DNA from: an uncultured Planctomycetota bacterium
GTDB taxonomy: Bacteria; Planctomycetota; Phycisphaerae; Sedimentisphaerales; UBA12454
Assembly (NCBI GenBank): GCA_903847315.1
Contig: CAINDG010000031.1
Location: forward strand, 31,435 to 95,434
Direction: 5' to 3'
Length of the DNA stretch: 64,000 bases
The translations under genes and the position numbers were made by a program. The stretch's first letter is position 1; every line of letters begins with the position of its first letter. The notes below the pieces were generated by a model, which was given only the letters and a program-made list of their open reading frames with translations, did no database searches and was not told the DNA's origin. Shown here piece after piece: positions 9,289-19,408 of the stretch.

Positions 9289-9898
9289 TATCACAAAAAT
9301 TGATGAACTTGCACCGCCATTTGTCCTGGGTGATATTGAAACAACGCCGACACCGGTGGCGGCCGCGAATATTCCATCCATCGCCGCGAAAAATGCCCTC
9401 TACGAAATGCTTGCGCAAAGCGAGACCTTTCAGGCTGCACTCGGAATCAGCGGTACTGTAATAGCGAGAATCGCCGCGGCGAAACTTAAAATATTCAAGA
9501 CGGCATATATCAGCGATGCAATGATCCGTCCGTTCGCCGTAATATGCAAAAACCAATCGGATAAACACTCCGCAATCGGAGGCGGGGAAAGCCAGAATTT
9601 TCTGCCATCCGGCGGTCTGGAAGTAAGACTCGAAAGGGCAGTACCCGAGGAGTTTCTTGAAACGCTCGACGGCGGGACACCGGGTGATATCACCGAAGGC
9701 AGCGAAAACGCCGCCGAGGAAGATTTCGAGACGTTTTACGAGGGAATAATCGCGGACATTAACGCTCTCGCCGGCAGGGAAGGTTTTTTGTTTATCCGAA
9801 ACTGGGACGTACTCGAAGGGCCGACCCTGTTCGACTCATCAAATGCGCAAAAAAATATATACGCGATAAAATTATTGTGCAACTGGGGGATAGAATAG
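9278..9898 (+). CDS. Hypothetical phage protein (head-tail region)
   Basis: ATG 9278 is preceded by GGAG and overlaps the upstream stop by 11 nt; the track ORF starts at TTG 9266. No recognisable motif. Confidence 0.4.
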   Translation: MAVDITKIDELAPPFVLGDIETTPTPVAAANIPSIAAKNALYEMLAQSETFQAALGISGTVIARIAAAKLKIFKTAYISDAMIRPFAVICKNQSDKHSAIGGGESQNFLPSGGLEVRLERAVPEEFLETLDGGTPGDITEGSENAAEEDFETFYEGIIADINALAGREGFLFIRNWDVLEGPTLFDSSNAQKNIYAIKLLCNWGIE

Positions 9899-9960
9899 AA
9901 GTACAAAGTTTAAAGTGTAAAGTGCAAAATTAAGGAACCGCCGAAGGCGGGGCAATTTTA

Positions 9961-10335
9961 ATGACGAACATTGACGAAATTATGGCAAATGCGGAGGCGG
10001 CGAACTTCGATATGCTCGGAGCAGTCGCGGCAACGTATAAATACGCCGATGGGACGACGACAGAAATAAAAATTCTGCTCGACGAAATCTCAACCCGCAA
10101 AGAATTCGATGGAACAGGCGAGATCGAGATTGCCGAGACCGATGGCACGATTATGAAAAATACCGCCAATTTCGGAATCGCCGCACCGGCAATCGGGGAA
10201 AAGATAACTATCGGCAGCGATATATGGCTGATAACCGGCAAGACAGGTGAGACTTCGTTCGATACGAAGGTATCCTTAAAATGTGATAAACCGAAAAATA
10301 AACAGCATGAATCGAGATTTAAAAGACTGAAATAA
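9961..10335 (+). CDS. Hypothetical phage protein (possible head-tail joining)
   Basis: 124 aa. Call is by position only. Preceded by the CCGCC-GAA-GGCGG hairpin at 9938-9950. Confidence 0.35.
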   Translation: MTNIDEIMANAEAANFDMLGAVAATYKYADGTTTEIKILLDEISTRKEFDGTGEIEIAETDGTIMKNTANFGIAAPAIGEKITIGSDIWLITGKTGETSFDTKVSLKCDKPKNKQHESRFKRLK

Positions 10336-10350
10336 AAAAGTTGATAACAG

Positions 10351-10418
10351 CTCCCTCTCCCGTATTTTTTTCGCTTCAAGGTGCGAAAAAATCAGGATCG
10401 GGATTGAAAAATCGGGGG
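10351..10418 (+). repeat. Nested-hairpin intergenic element, copy D
   Basis: CTCCCTCTCCC ... TTTTTTCGC-ttcaaggt-GCGAAAAAA ... GGGA/GGGGG. Shares the CTCCCTCT 5' box, the TCAAGG loop and the AATCGGGG 3' box with the other copies. Confidence 0.8.
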
Positions 10419-10451
10419 CAAAAAATTTAAGAAATTTTTTGGAGATAAAAA

Positions 10452-11333
10452 ATGAACCTTTTTACATTAGGCGGCATAAAAATTGGGTCAACGGTAATCA
10501 AGGGAATCCAGGATTCCAATCTGAATAATGCCCTCGAAGAAATACTGCTGGCCGGAGATGGGAACCCGGATCCAACATTTGCGGCGATAGGGAAATTGAA
10601 CCCCGCAATTGATTTTACAACTATGGCCATAAAAATTGCGCTCGGGGCCTGCGGAATAAAAGGATGCACACTGGCCGCGGCGGAAATGAATTTGTGCAGA
10701 CTCGAAAATCTCGCCGTCAGAAAAAGCGGTTCGTTTCAATTCAAAGGAACGGTTGTCGGCGGATTTTTAGTTCCGGTCAGTCTGTCGGTTTCTAAATTTG
10801 GGGCCGCAACATTAAAATATCGCGGCGTATTGCTAAGCGCCGATGGCTCGGCCATGCCGATAGCACTTACGCCGACAGGCGCTGTGCTGAGCGGCGAGGG
10901 TGAAGTGACCGAGGCATATACGCTCGGACCGGTATCTATTAACGGGCAGACACTCGACAATGTCGAAGGATTCGATATTGATTTTGGAATCAAGACGGAA
11001 GAAACGTGGCCGAATGGTTTGATTCTGCCGACAGATAGTTCGATTATGACAAGAACACCCAAAATCACGATTAAAACGACGGATGTTGTCAATACGATTA
11101 CACTGGGAATCGCAGGAGCCGCGCAGTCCGCATCGGATTCGACATTGCAACTGATAGATATTACAAAGGGCGGGGCGAGAGGTTCTTCACCCATTACATT
11201 CTCCATCGATGATGGCAGGATTTCATTTAATAATATAGGGGCAAGCCACGGACAAAAGGCGATGACCGGAATAATCATAACACCGGTGTCGGATATGGTT
11301 AACGATATAATCGCGATTACGGGACTAACGTAG
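10452..11333 (+). CDS. Putative major tail (tube) protein
   Basis: 293 aa. First large gene of the tail block, three genes upstream of the tape measure. Call is by position only. Confidence 0.35.
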   Translation: MNLFTLGGIKIGSTVIKGIQDSNLNNALEEILLAGDGNPDPTFAAIGKLNPAIDFTTMAIKIALGACGIKGCTLAAAEMNLCRLENLAVRKSGSFQFKGTVVGGFLVPVSLSVSKFGAATLKYRGVLLSADGSAMPIALTPTGAVLSGEGEVTEAYTLGPVSINGQTLDNVEGFDIDFGIKTEETWPNGLILPTDSSIMTRTPKITIKTTDVVNTITLGIAGAAQSASDSTLQLIDITKGGARGSSPITFSIDDGRISFNNIGASHGQKAMTGIIITPVSDMVNDIIAITGLT

Positions 11334-11393
11334 TCATTAGTGAATAGTAAATAGTATTTAGTAAATGGTTAAGAGTTATTTTGTGAGATAAAA

Positions 11394-11576
11394 ATGACAA
11401 AAAAAACAGACACTGAGCAGCCGAAAGGCAGCGAGCCGACAGAGGCACAGCTTAAATACGATACGCTCAATAAACAATTCAGAGCGGAAAACGACCCTGT
11501 CAAACGGGCGGAACTTGACAAACAATGCCAGGAAGCGTTCGTTGAAAAACTGAAAAGCAGAGACGTAAAAATTTAA
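11394..11576 (+). CDS. Small charged hypothetical phage protein
   Basis: 60-aa ORF, Lys/Glu-rich and helical. Confidence 0.3.
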   Translation: MTKKTDTEQPKGSEPTEAQLKYDTLNKQFRAENDPVKRAELDKQCQEAFVEKLKSRDVKI

Positions 11577-11580
11577 TCAG

Positions 11581-11646
11581 CCCCTCTCAGTTTTGCTGCA
11601 AGGTCCCTGACGGGATTGGAATGCAAAACTGGTTGATAATACGGGG
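11581..11646 (+). repeat. Nested-hairpin intergenic element, copy E (carries an extra inserted mini-hairpin)
   Basis: CCCCTCT ... GTTTTGC-[tgcaagg TCCC-tgac-GGGA ttggaat]-GCAAAAC ... GATAATACGGGG. Confidence 0.75.
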
Positions 11647-11662
11647 CAATTTGGAGGCCAAA

Positions 11663-12493
11663 TTGCAATTTATTTATTTTATACCATCATCGAACGGTTT
11701 AGGGCAGGCGGGCCTGATTAAAAAAGCGGGACTCGACAATATTCTCGATGATCCGCAGAAGGTGACGAGCAACCAAATATTCAGCGGGCCGGATGGCCTG
11801 GCGGGATTCCTTTTTTCGTTCTGTCAGCCTAAAGAACTTAAATACAAACCTGCCCCGGCTGTTTCTTCCGAAGCGGAAAAAACAAACTGCCAGGGTTTCG
11901 ATAAATCTCAACAGGTCTGGCAAAAGAGTAATTGCGGAAAATATTATATCGGATTTTATTCCGACTCGCCGCCGACTGAAAAAGAACTTGCGCGAGATGT
12001 ACAGATTACAGGACACCCCGTTAAATTGGGACACGGACAAACACAGACTGAAACACAGACAGACACGGATAAATGGATAATTCCACTTGCTCGTATTTTC
12101 CCGGCAGGGACGAAACTGCCGCAATCATTGATACTCGGCTCAAACGGCGAGGTCGTAACCGAGACGCTGCCGAAATTCGTCAGGTTTTCCGCGATGTGCG
12201 AAAAACTCTGGCGTGAATTCGAAATACAAATCGGACTTGCGGCAGGTGAAAAATCAATGACCACGGCGGAAGGGTTCACGCTGGCAACCGAGGCGTTAGC
12301 TATCAACTACCGGATTAATGTAGACGGTATAAATATCCTGAAATTATTCAATACGCAAAATATCGCGCAGATACTACTGGCGGTAATAGACGCACAAACG
12401 GTGCAGGCGAAAATGACAGAACTGGTTGGTTCGTCTCAGGACGAAAAAAAAAAGTTAGAACCGCCTCCGGCGACGGAGCGTTCGGAATCCTGA
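11663..12493 (+). CDS. Hypothetical phage tail-region protein (possible assembly chaperone)
   Basis: Track ORF starts at ATG 11621, inside repeat copy E. In-frame TTG 11663 has GGAGG (11653-11657) 5 nt upstream. Contains a TQTETQTDTD low-complexity linker. Confidence 0.35.
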   Translation: MQFIYFIPSSNGLGQAGLIKKAGLDNILDDPQKVTSNQIFSGPDGLAGFLFSFCQPKELKYKPAPAVSSEAEKTNCQGFDKSQQVWQKSNCGKYYIGFYSDSPPTEKELARDVQITGHPVKLGHGQTQTETQTDTDKWIIPLARIFPAGTKLPQSLILGSNGEVVTETLPKFVRFSAMCEKLWREFEIQIGLAAGEKSMTTAEGFTLATEALAINYRINVDGINILKLFNTQNIAQILLAVIDAQTVQAKMTELVGSSQDEKKKLEPPPATERSES

Positions 12494-12560
12494 GGGCAAT
12501 AAAAATGAACGATTATTTTCCGACTTATGGCGAAATTTTTTTGTTTGAAAAAGGTTTATA

Positions 12561-13046
12561 GTGATATATCAGCAATGCAAAATGACAGTTGAGAAACCGC
12601 CCAATATAGTGCGAGAAAAATTTCCGGAGATAATGCAGGCGGCTTTTCAATTTTTTATGCTTCAATGGCACAACGACACGTTACCCAAGCATTTCACTCG
12701 GGAAGCTCCGGAAAAATGGCATTACGATAAACGCACAAAAATATATCAAAATAGAAAAAATAGAAAAAGCCTGCCGCCACTGGTATGGACTGGCGACTCG
12801 AGACGAAGATTGCTTGCGAGTGTTAGAATTGAATTAAGAGGTAAACACCCGGTAAGAGCGACAGGCAAATTTGATGCGCCGCAATATTTCTGGATGAGAA
12901 AGGAAAACGACCCGGACAAAGGCGGCGAATTTATGAGGATTAATCCGGATGAATGGAATGGAATTGCCGAGAGAATAAATAATTATATTTGGCAAAAAAT
13001 CGACGAAACTGAAATGACGGAATACTACGGTTTTGATTATCATTAA
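12561..13046 (+). CDS. Hypothetical phage protein
   Basis: 161-aa ORF with a GTG start, immediately upstream of the tape measure gene. Confidence 0.35.
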   Translation: MIYQQCKMTVEKPPNIVREKFPEIMQAAFQFFMLQWHNDTLPKHFTREAPEKWHYDKRTKIYQNRKNRKSLPPLVWTGDSRRRLLASVRIELRGKHPVRATGKFDAPQYFWMRKENDPDKGGEFMRINPDEWNGIAERINNYIWQKIDETEMTEYYGFDYH

Positions 13047-13061
13047 TGATAAAAAATAAAA

Positions 13062-14747
13062 GTGCCTGAATCTATAAATAAAACTGTTTGGGAAGGTGAC
13101 GCCGGTAAACTCTTATCGGCAATGTCGAAAATTGTCGAAAAATATAAAGAGGTTAACGGGGAAGTTAAAAATTTTGGCAAACACGGCCAAGAGTCCGGCG
13201 ATATGGTCGATGATGCCTTGGGTAAGGCGGCCAACAGCGCAAAGAATTTTATAATGGGTTTCGCCACGGTAGGAGGCGTCATAGCATCCATAAAGAGTTT
13301 AGTGGATCAAATGAAAGAAATAATTTCACTACGAAATGAGATGTTCCAAACAGCACTGTCCGTCGAGCAAATAGGACTTAAAATAGCAAACCTGCGGGGT
13401 GATGTATCAAAAGCGGGGATGGATAAAGTTGTAAAAGATTTGGAAAATATATCACTGGCGGGCAGAGTATCTCCCAAAATAGTGGGGGGTATAATGGAGT
13501 CGGCGGAAGCAACTTTAGGGCCCGGAACACCGGCGGCGATGGCAGCGTCGATAAATATGGCAAAATTATACGGTCCGGCAGGATTAACTAATGAGGGGGA
13601 CATATTACCGAAGATTTTCAAAACGGCAAATGCCGATACGAGTGAGAAACAATTAAAAATATTAAATGAAATAATCGCCGCCCAAGGCGGCTCGACTGTA
13701 AAACTGGGCGACTTTTTGCAAAATTATGGTTCAGTATTAATAACTGATTTGCGCAAACAATTTACGCTCGAACAATCGCTTGCCAAATACTCAGCGGCAA
13801 TGACTACCTCAGCCACAGCAGGTGAGGCGGCAACAATGGATGAAGAAGTTACCCGTTTATTATCGACTCCGAGTCTAAAAGGTTTTAAGTATTTGAAAAG
13901 TAAAGCCCATCAACAAGGAATGGATTTTATACAAATGGAGTCGCCGGAAAGACTTGCTTTTGCACAACAACTTTATGGACAGTTTCAAACAAAAGAGGAA
14001 AAAGAAAAATTCAGACTGGCAGTAGCACCTCGCGGCGGTTGGAATAGTGTGGAAGGAATGTTCAGCGAAACAGGGCAAGCAGCGGCAGCAGATACCAAAT
14101 CGAGATTGAATAAGGTCATAGATAATTATGTCGAAAATAGAATAAAAAATTTTGAAGAAGTTTTGACAGCAAAAAGTATTGAGTCTGATATAGCAAAAAT
14201 GTTCGATGAAACCAAGGTAACGGGGAAAGTATCGGCGACAGTACTCTTGGAAGCTGCAGTTAAAAATAAATGGAGAACTGAACACGCAGGTGCGGCCTCA
14301 AATGAAGAATTTATAAAAATGTGGGCAAACGTTAAGGAAATTGAACAATTCAGGGAACAGCGGAGCATTCTACGACAGAATCTGGGAATAGCTTACGAAA
14401 AGGCACCGGCAGGTCGAAAAGAATATATTCAAGACTTATATACACGGGCGATGGGAATGGGTTCGGCGACTTTAAATCCCCAACTCATACAGGAAATTTC
14501 AGATGTTACGGGAAATTTTCAACTCCAGAGACAAACAGGCAGGACTATCAATCCTAATTTGTTTCAGAAAGCTGTTATTAATCCGCAGAATTATGAATAT
14601 GGCGCAATTAGTATGGAGGATAGAAAATTATCGGCGGTCGCGGCGGATGATTTAAAGGAAAATACAAAAGCATTGAATAGACTATCAAGAGCAATTGAGG
14701 ATAGTAATTTGTCAAGCATCGGGCCGAATATAGAAATACCGGAGTAA
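13062..14747 (+). CDS. Tail tape measure protein (short, 561 aa)
   Basis: Long, largely helical sequence with a Gly-rich hydrophobic patch (GFATVGGVIASI). Located between the tail-region genes and the distal tail genes. Confidence 0.55.
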   Translation: MPESINKTVWEGDAGKLLSAMSKIVEKYKEVNGEVKNFGKHGQESGDMVDDALGKAANSAKNFIMGFATVGGVIASIKSLVDQMKEIISLRNEMFQTALSVEQIGLKIANLRGDVSKAGMDKVVKDLENISLAGRVSPKIVGGIMESAEATLGPGTPAAMAASINMAKLYGPAGLTNEGDILPKIFKTANADTSEKQLKILNEIIAAQGGSTVKLGDFLQNYGSVLITDLRKQFTLEQSLAKYSAAMTTSATAGEAATMDEEVTRLLSTPSLKGFKYLKSKAHQQGMDFIQMESPERLAFAQQLYGQFQTKEEKEKFRLAVAPRGGWNSVEGMFSETGQAAAADTKSRLNKVIDNYVENRIKNFEEVLTAKSIESDIAKMFDETKVTGKVSATVLLEAAVKNKWRTEHAGAASNEEFIKMWANVKEIEQFREQRSILRQNLGIAYEKAPAGRKEYIQDLYTRAMGMGSATLNPQLIQEISDVTGNFQLQRQTGRTINPNLFQKAVINPQNYEYGAISMEDRKLSAVAADDLKENTKALNRLSRAIEDSNLSSIGPNIEIPE

Positions 14748-14750
14748 AAA

Positions 14751-15155
14751 ATGGGAAAAATAGGCAATTTTAATTTTATTAATATAACGGGTGGCAGGCT
14801 CGCCGGAAACCAGCCCGTTGTTAATCTGATTGACAGGCAGGGGGTTGACGGAAAAGGGTTTCGAATCGAGGCGAGCAAATCCAAAGAAATCACGGTGCAG
14901 ACAAAAGAAAAATGCACGAGTATCGAAATTGCAAATGACAGGGACGAAAATTACGCCCAGTTAATCGGAACAGCGGTCGATGTTACCGATGATATGGGCA
15001 AGATGACAAATAACGTGCTTATATTAGATGTTGGAGTCAATTCTGTGCGTCAAGTCGTTGGAAGCAGCGATATTCACTGCAAGGCGATCGTCGAGGCGGT
15101 TTGGCGATTAATAGTTATGAACCCGGAAGATTTGTTCGGAGGAACATTACCGTAG
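14751..15155 (+). CDS. Minor/distal tail protein (hypothetical)
   Basis: 134 aa. Starts 3 nt after the tape measure stop. Call is by position only. Confidence 0.35.
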   Translation: MGKIGNFNFINITGGRLAGNQPVVNLIDRQGVDGKGFRIEASKSKEITVQTKEKCTSIEIANDRDENYAQLIGTAVDVTDDMGKMTNNVLILDVGVNSVRQVVGSSDIHCKAIVEAVWRLIVMNPEDLFGGTLP

Positions 15156-15180
15156 TCGGATAGTTAAAAGTGAACAATGA

Positions 15181-15232
15181 CCCCCTCTGAGTTTTGCCCT
15201 CAAGGCGGCAAAACTCGCTGATAAATCGGGGG
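15181..15232 (+). repeat. Nested-hairpin intergenic element, copy A
   Basis: CCCCCTCT ga GTTTTGCC-ctcaaggc-GGCAAAAC tcgctGATAAATCGGGGG. Confidence 0.85.
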
Positions 15233-15250
15233 TGAAAAAATTGAATACAG

Positions 15251-15301
15251 CTCCCTCTTAATTTTGCCCTCAAGGTGGCAAAATTAATAAAAACCCGGGA
15301 G
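15251..15301 (+). repeat. Nested-hairpin intergenic element, copy B (in tandem with A)
   Basis: CTCCCTCT ta ATTTTGCC-ctcaaggt-GGCAAAAT taataaaaacCCGGGAG. Confidence 0.85.
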
Positions 15302-15336
15302 TTAAATTTTAAAATTAAAATTTAAGGACTCGAAAT

Positions 15337-16353
15337 ATGGCAATTACAATAAAAAGATATACAGGACTGGCGCCGTTAGTCGCGCAGGTAGATACTTTCA
15401 CACCCGGCGGCACAATCGAGATCGGCGATATATTCATTCTGACGGTTACCGGCCTTGACGGCTCAAAGGCATATATTACCTTTGCCGCAACCGCCGCAAC
15501 CGCGGCAAATGTAGTTGCCGGCCTTACCGCATTATGGAACGCATCGAGCAATCCTCTATGCACTCCGGTAACAGCCAGTGGAACGGACACTTTAATACTA
15601 ACCGCCGATACACCGGGGACTGCGTTCAGCGTCGTTGGAACCACGACAGAGGCGAATGGCGATGCAGCCGATGACCAAACGTTCACGAGGGCGGCTACGG
15701 TTGTCAACAGCGGGCCCAAGGACATATCGCTGGCCGCAAACTGGCAGGATAATGTACTGCCTGGGGCAGTCGCAGACCAGATAGTATTTGTCGAAGATGC
15801 GACTATCCTTTACGGACTGGCATCGCTGGCCTCAATCGCCAACGCTATTACGTTTAATGTTCAGCGAAGCCAGATAAGCTCTAACCCTGCGCCCGGAACT
15901 CCTGTAATATTCCTGCAGGTCAAGGCGACAACAGTCAATATCGGTAAATACGATGGGCCGGGGACTGCGAGCGAAAAGGCGCCAATTAATATAGATACGG
16001 GCAGCCAGGTATCTACCACGACTGTCTATAACGCTGGGTCAAACTCCAACTCGACAATGCCGGCGGTCAGAATAAAATGCAACTCGGCATCTGCCGTTAT
16101 CAATGTTCACAAGGGCAAAGTCGGAATCGGATTCGAGCCGGGAGAAGTGACAGTCGCCGGAACCGTCAATGTATCGTATGCGACAAATATCGCGGGCGAT
16201 GCAGATGTATTTATCGGGTATGGTGTGATACTGACCACCCTGAATATCGACGGCGGCGATACGAATATTCAGAATACGCCGACCACGACAAACCATAATG
16301 CAGGGACTCTGACGAAAAACGGAATCAAATATACGGCGACGAAGGCGGCATAG
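15337..16353 (+). CDS. Hypothetical tail protein
   Basis: 338 aa, Thr/Ala/Gly-rich and beta-type in composition. Lies between the tape measure and the giant tail proteins. Confidence 0.35.
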   Translation: MAITIKRYTGLAPLVAQVDTFTPGGTIEIGDIFILTVTGLDGSKAYITFAATAATAANVVAGLTALWNASSNPLCTPVTASGTDTLILTADTPGTAFSVVGTTTEANGDAADDQTFTRAATVVNSGPKDISLAANWQDNVLPGAVADQIVFVEDATILYGLASLASIANAITFNVQRSQISSNPAPGTPVIFLQVKATTVNIGKYDGPGTASEKAPINIDTGSQVSTTTVYNAGSNSNSTMPAVRIKCNSASAVINVHKGKVGIGFEPGEVTVAGTVNVSYATNIAGDADVFIGYGVILTTLNIDGGDTNIQNTPTTTNHNAGTLTKNGIKYTATKAA

Positions 16354-16375
16354 TTAAAAAATTTTTAAATTTTTA

Positions 16376-19300
16376 ATGCAAATAAAACGATTACATATAC
16401 AGGTTTATTCGAGAATCAAATGGACGGATAACTGGCAGATCGAGCCGCATATCGAGCCGTTAACCGCCGATGTCGTAATGGCACCATCTATCGGAACGGC
16501 CATACTTCGGCTGCGATACGGCAAGGGACAATGGGAAGATTGGACAAGCCTGCTCAGCGGCGCCGAGATGCGAGAGATGAGCCGGATATATATTCAAATC
16601 AGGGTATCATATAATGCCGATATGAGCGAGGCGGGGATTTATTTTACCGGATTCATACCGGCGGAACAATTCGACATACTCGGCGACAATCCTATCGAAA
16701 CAGTAGATTTGGAGGTTATGGCTTACGACCTCGCAAAACTGCTCGAGGTGCCCCTGACTGGGGCGTGGGTTGACCCTGTGGGAGATGATGATACAGCGGC
16801 GGTGTGGATCGATTCACTGCCGAAATTCAATAAAAGATATAAACATGAGTGGGAGGTTGAAGGCAATCGCTCAACGAGCAAATATGTTTCACCCGTAACT
16901 GGCGCCGAAAGTTATGTTTTCAGCGAGGACGGCGAGGTCTGGACAAATGCCGATATTGTCGAATACCTGTTGGCTTATTATCAGCCGAAAGATGGTCCGG
17001 TATTTTCAATGAACTGGCTCAAAGAAAACGACAAGGACATTCTGGAGGCTTTGGGCCAGATAAAAAATATCTACGACCCCAATAATTTACTGCTGATCGA
17101 AATGATAAATACGCTCATTTCCCGCAGCCGCGGACTTACCTGGACTACCACGGCACTTTTGAATGATAATGTCGAAATCGCAATTTTCAGCCTACTCGAT
17201 GCAGACCTGACTATTAATGAGATCAAACTGCCTAAAAATTCGCACCCTCTGAAGGCAAACCTCTGGAAATTACAGATGGACTCGAAAGTAACGGTCGTCA
17301 AAGACAGCCGTAACGTCGCCGATAAGATTACCGTCCGCGGCGCGAAAATGAAGACCTGTTTTACGGCGGAGTTCAGCGATAACACATTAGAAAAGGCATG
17401 GACGGATGCGCTCGAGACGGCGTATAAAAACGCGGCAAAGGATATTACAGGTTACGATGAACTTGACGACGACCGGCAGGCGACGGCAAATGACAGATAC
17501 AGGGGAGCGGACAGATTTCACAGGGTATTTTCGAGTTTCAGACTGCCAAGGACTTTTAACTGGAAAAAAGGTTTGCATAACCTGATCCCCCTGCTGGATC
17601 CGGCGACGGGCGAATTGGATATAAATAAAAACGCAGCGTACTGGAATATCGGCAAACGCATATTGCATACTTTGCCGTTTAAAAAAGGTATAGATTTTTC
17701 GGATGTGGAAGAAGATGATGAAAATCCGCTTGGCAGCGAACCGGAATATAAACCGATACTTGCAATAGTCAAAGGACCTGATGATAAGTATTTTCTGGCC
17801 GAAAAATTCTGTACGGAAATAATGTCGCTGTCGGCGGCGATCAGGCCGATGAGAGCGGAGACGGGAGTGGAGGTAAAATTTTCACCGGCATACCTTGCCG
17901 CAAAAAATCACTGGCCGGTTTCAGCCGAACCCGGGCTGCACGATATTACAGATGAGGATTCGGTTCTGTCCTGCGATTATGAAGATACACTGGTTACGGT
18001 TTTTGTAGAGACCGACCAGTATGTTAAACTGGAATATTCACCGGCAGCGGATACGGCGAAAGATATTACAAATCATAAAATAATCGATATACCGGCTGCC
18101 CAGCTTTGGTACGTAGTACCGGGTACAATAATCGATATAGCGGCGGATGGTACGCTGCTGGCTTACGGGGCCGACAATCCGGCGGTGATAAAAGACGACA
18201 GAGATTTATTAAAAGGAATCCTGGTCGCGGCGGCGGTATGGTACTGCAAACCTAAATATAAAGTTAATATCACCAGCGACAGTCTCGATGCAATGGCGGC
18301 GTTGGGCGATATGCTTATAGACATTGACCCCGAAAAGAAAAACGACCAGTTAGGCTCGGTAATTACACATCTGAGTTTTGATTTTTCGAATCAAAAAACA
18401 ATTATCGATACCGATTTTGGCGAACTGAATTTTGCTGCGATAGCGACCGGCAGGAGAAGGGCGCCTTCGGCGACGAAGACAGGAACCGGTTCAGCAGCGG
18501 AAAAGATAAAACATCTTACCGGAGAAATTGAGGAGATTAAAGAGCAGCTTGGCTCGACGCCGCAAAGATTTGATATTCCGACCGGCAACGGCGGGGGCCA
18601 ACAGATTTATGCAAAGATTATCGAAACACTCTCCGAGCCTGATTACACAGCAGACCCGGAAACAGAATCGCAAAAATACGCCGGCATCGCGGCGTACAAA
18701 TGCAGATTGATAACAGACAAGACCGCCGTATGGGTAATCGATACCCCTTATATAATCGGCAGCAAATGCCTCGGCAGTAATAATTTAAAATATATTTCAA
18801 AGACTGGTGACCTTGAGAATCCAAACACCGGTCACGACCCGGTAGCAGATACCGAGCATACAAACTGGGAAATCGATGAAGAAATCAGGGTTGATTTTGC
18901 TCTCGGCTTTGAAAATATGTGTAAAATATGGAACGGTGATGACACATATCACATAAACGATATTAGAAAATATGCCGTTGACGGCCAACTTTGGAAATCG
19001 AAAAATACCAATTCCAATGTCCCGCCGCCGAGCAGCGAGACGGCGTGGGAGAAAACGTCTCTTCCGTTTTTGATTTGGAACGGTGACGATACTTTTTACG
19101 AAACTAATATCGTTTACAATCCGGGCAATAAATTATTTTACGTTGCCCTGACTACGAGCAGTAATGTCGAGCCGCCGACCAGCTCGACGGCGTGGAAACT
19201 TACGCCGCGACTGGGTGACCTGCGGAATTTCAGCCCGCAAATTGCCGTCGGCGAAGAGGTAATATTAGTCAAGAAAAAATTCGGGGATGAATACAGATAT

Positions 19301-19408
19301 TATATTCAAACGCCGTCTTTGCGATACACAGGCAAACCCGAAGAGGCGTCAATCCGCAATGTTCTTTCGGATGATGGCGGCTATATTGAACAGAGCGTAG
19401 CTATATGA
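16376..19408 (+). CDS. Large tail/baseplate protein with C-terminal CBM5/12-like repeats
   Basis: 1010 aa. Two ~44-aa repeats (IWNGDDT.....I.Y......L......T.SNV.PP.S.TAW) at about 18925-19056 and 19072-19203. Also carries the SKTGDLENPNTGHDPVADTEHTNW motif shared with the next gene. Confidence 0.5.
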   Translation: MQIKRLHIQVYSRIKWTDNWQIEPHIEPLTADVVMAPSIGTAILRLRYGKGQWEDWTSLLSGAEMREMSRIYIQIRVSYNADMSEAGIYFTGFIPAEQFDILGDNPIETVDLEVMAYDLAKLLEVPLTGAWVDPVGDDDTAAVWIDSLPKFNKRYKHEWEVEGNRSTSKYVSPVTGAESYVFSEDGEVWTNADIVEYLLAYYQPKDGPVFSMNWLKENDKDILEALGQIKNIYDPNNLLLIEMINTLISRSRGLTWTTTALLNDNVEIAIFSLLDADLTINEIKLPKNSHPLKANLWKLQMDSKVTVVKDSRNVADKITVRGAKMKTCFTAEFSDNTLEKAWTDALETAYKNAAKDITGYDELDDDRQATANDRYRGADRFHRVFSSFRLPRTFNWKKGLHNLIPLLDPATGELDINKNAAYWNIGKRILHTLPFKKGIDFSDVEEDDENPLGSEPEYKPILAIVKGPDDKYFLAEKFCTEIMSLSAAIRPMRAETGVEVKFSPAYLAAKNHWPVSAEPGLHDITDEDSVLSCDYEDTLVTVFVETDQYVKLEYSPAADTAKDITNHKIIDIPAAQLWYVVPGTIIDIAADGTLLAYGADNPAVIKDDRDLLKGILVAAAVWYCKPKYKVNITSDSLDAMAALGDMLIDIDPEKKNDQLGSVITHLSFDFSNQKTIIDTDFGELNFAAIATGRRRAPSATKTGTGSAAEKIKHLTGEIEEIKEQLGSTPQRFDIPTGNGGGQQIYAKIIETLSEPDYTADPETESQKYAGIAAYKCRLITDKTAVWVIDTPYIIGSKCLGSNNLKYISKTGDLENPNTGHDPVADTEHTNWEIDEEIRVDFALGFENMCKIWNGDDTYHINDIRKYAVDGQLWKSKNTNSNVPPPSSETAWEKTSLPFLIWNGDDTFYETNIVYNPGNKLFYVALTTSSNVEPPTSSTAWKLTPRLGDLRNFSPQIAVGEEVILVKKKFGDEYRYYIQTPSLRYTGKPEEASIRNVLSDDGGYIEQSVAI

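Noticed and set aside
10736-11278. 180-aa - strand ORF inside the putative tail tube gene
   Set aside because: It runs against a tightly packed + strand operon. Shadow-ORF composition.
12030-12070. ACAGAC-type microrepeat (encodes TQTETQTDTD)
   Set aside because: A short, imperfect, in-frame low-complexity linker, unlikely to be functional at the DNA level.
11394-13046. Programmed -1 frameshift of tail assembly chaperones upstream of the tape measure
   Set aside because: I looked for a slippery heptamer and an overlapping extended frame among the three ORFs before the tape measure gene and could not support one by eye.
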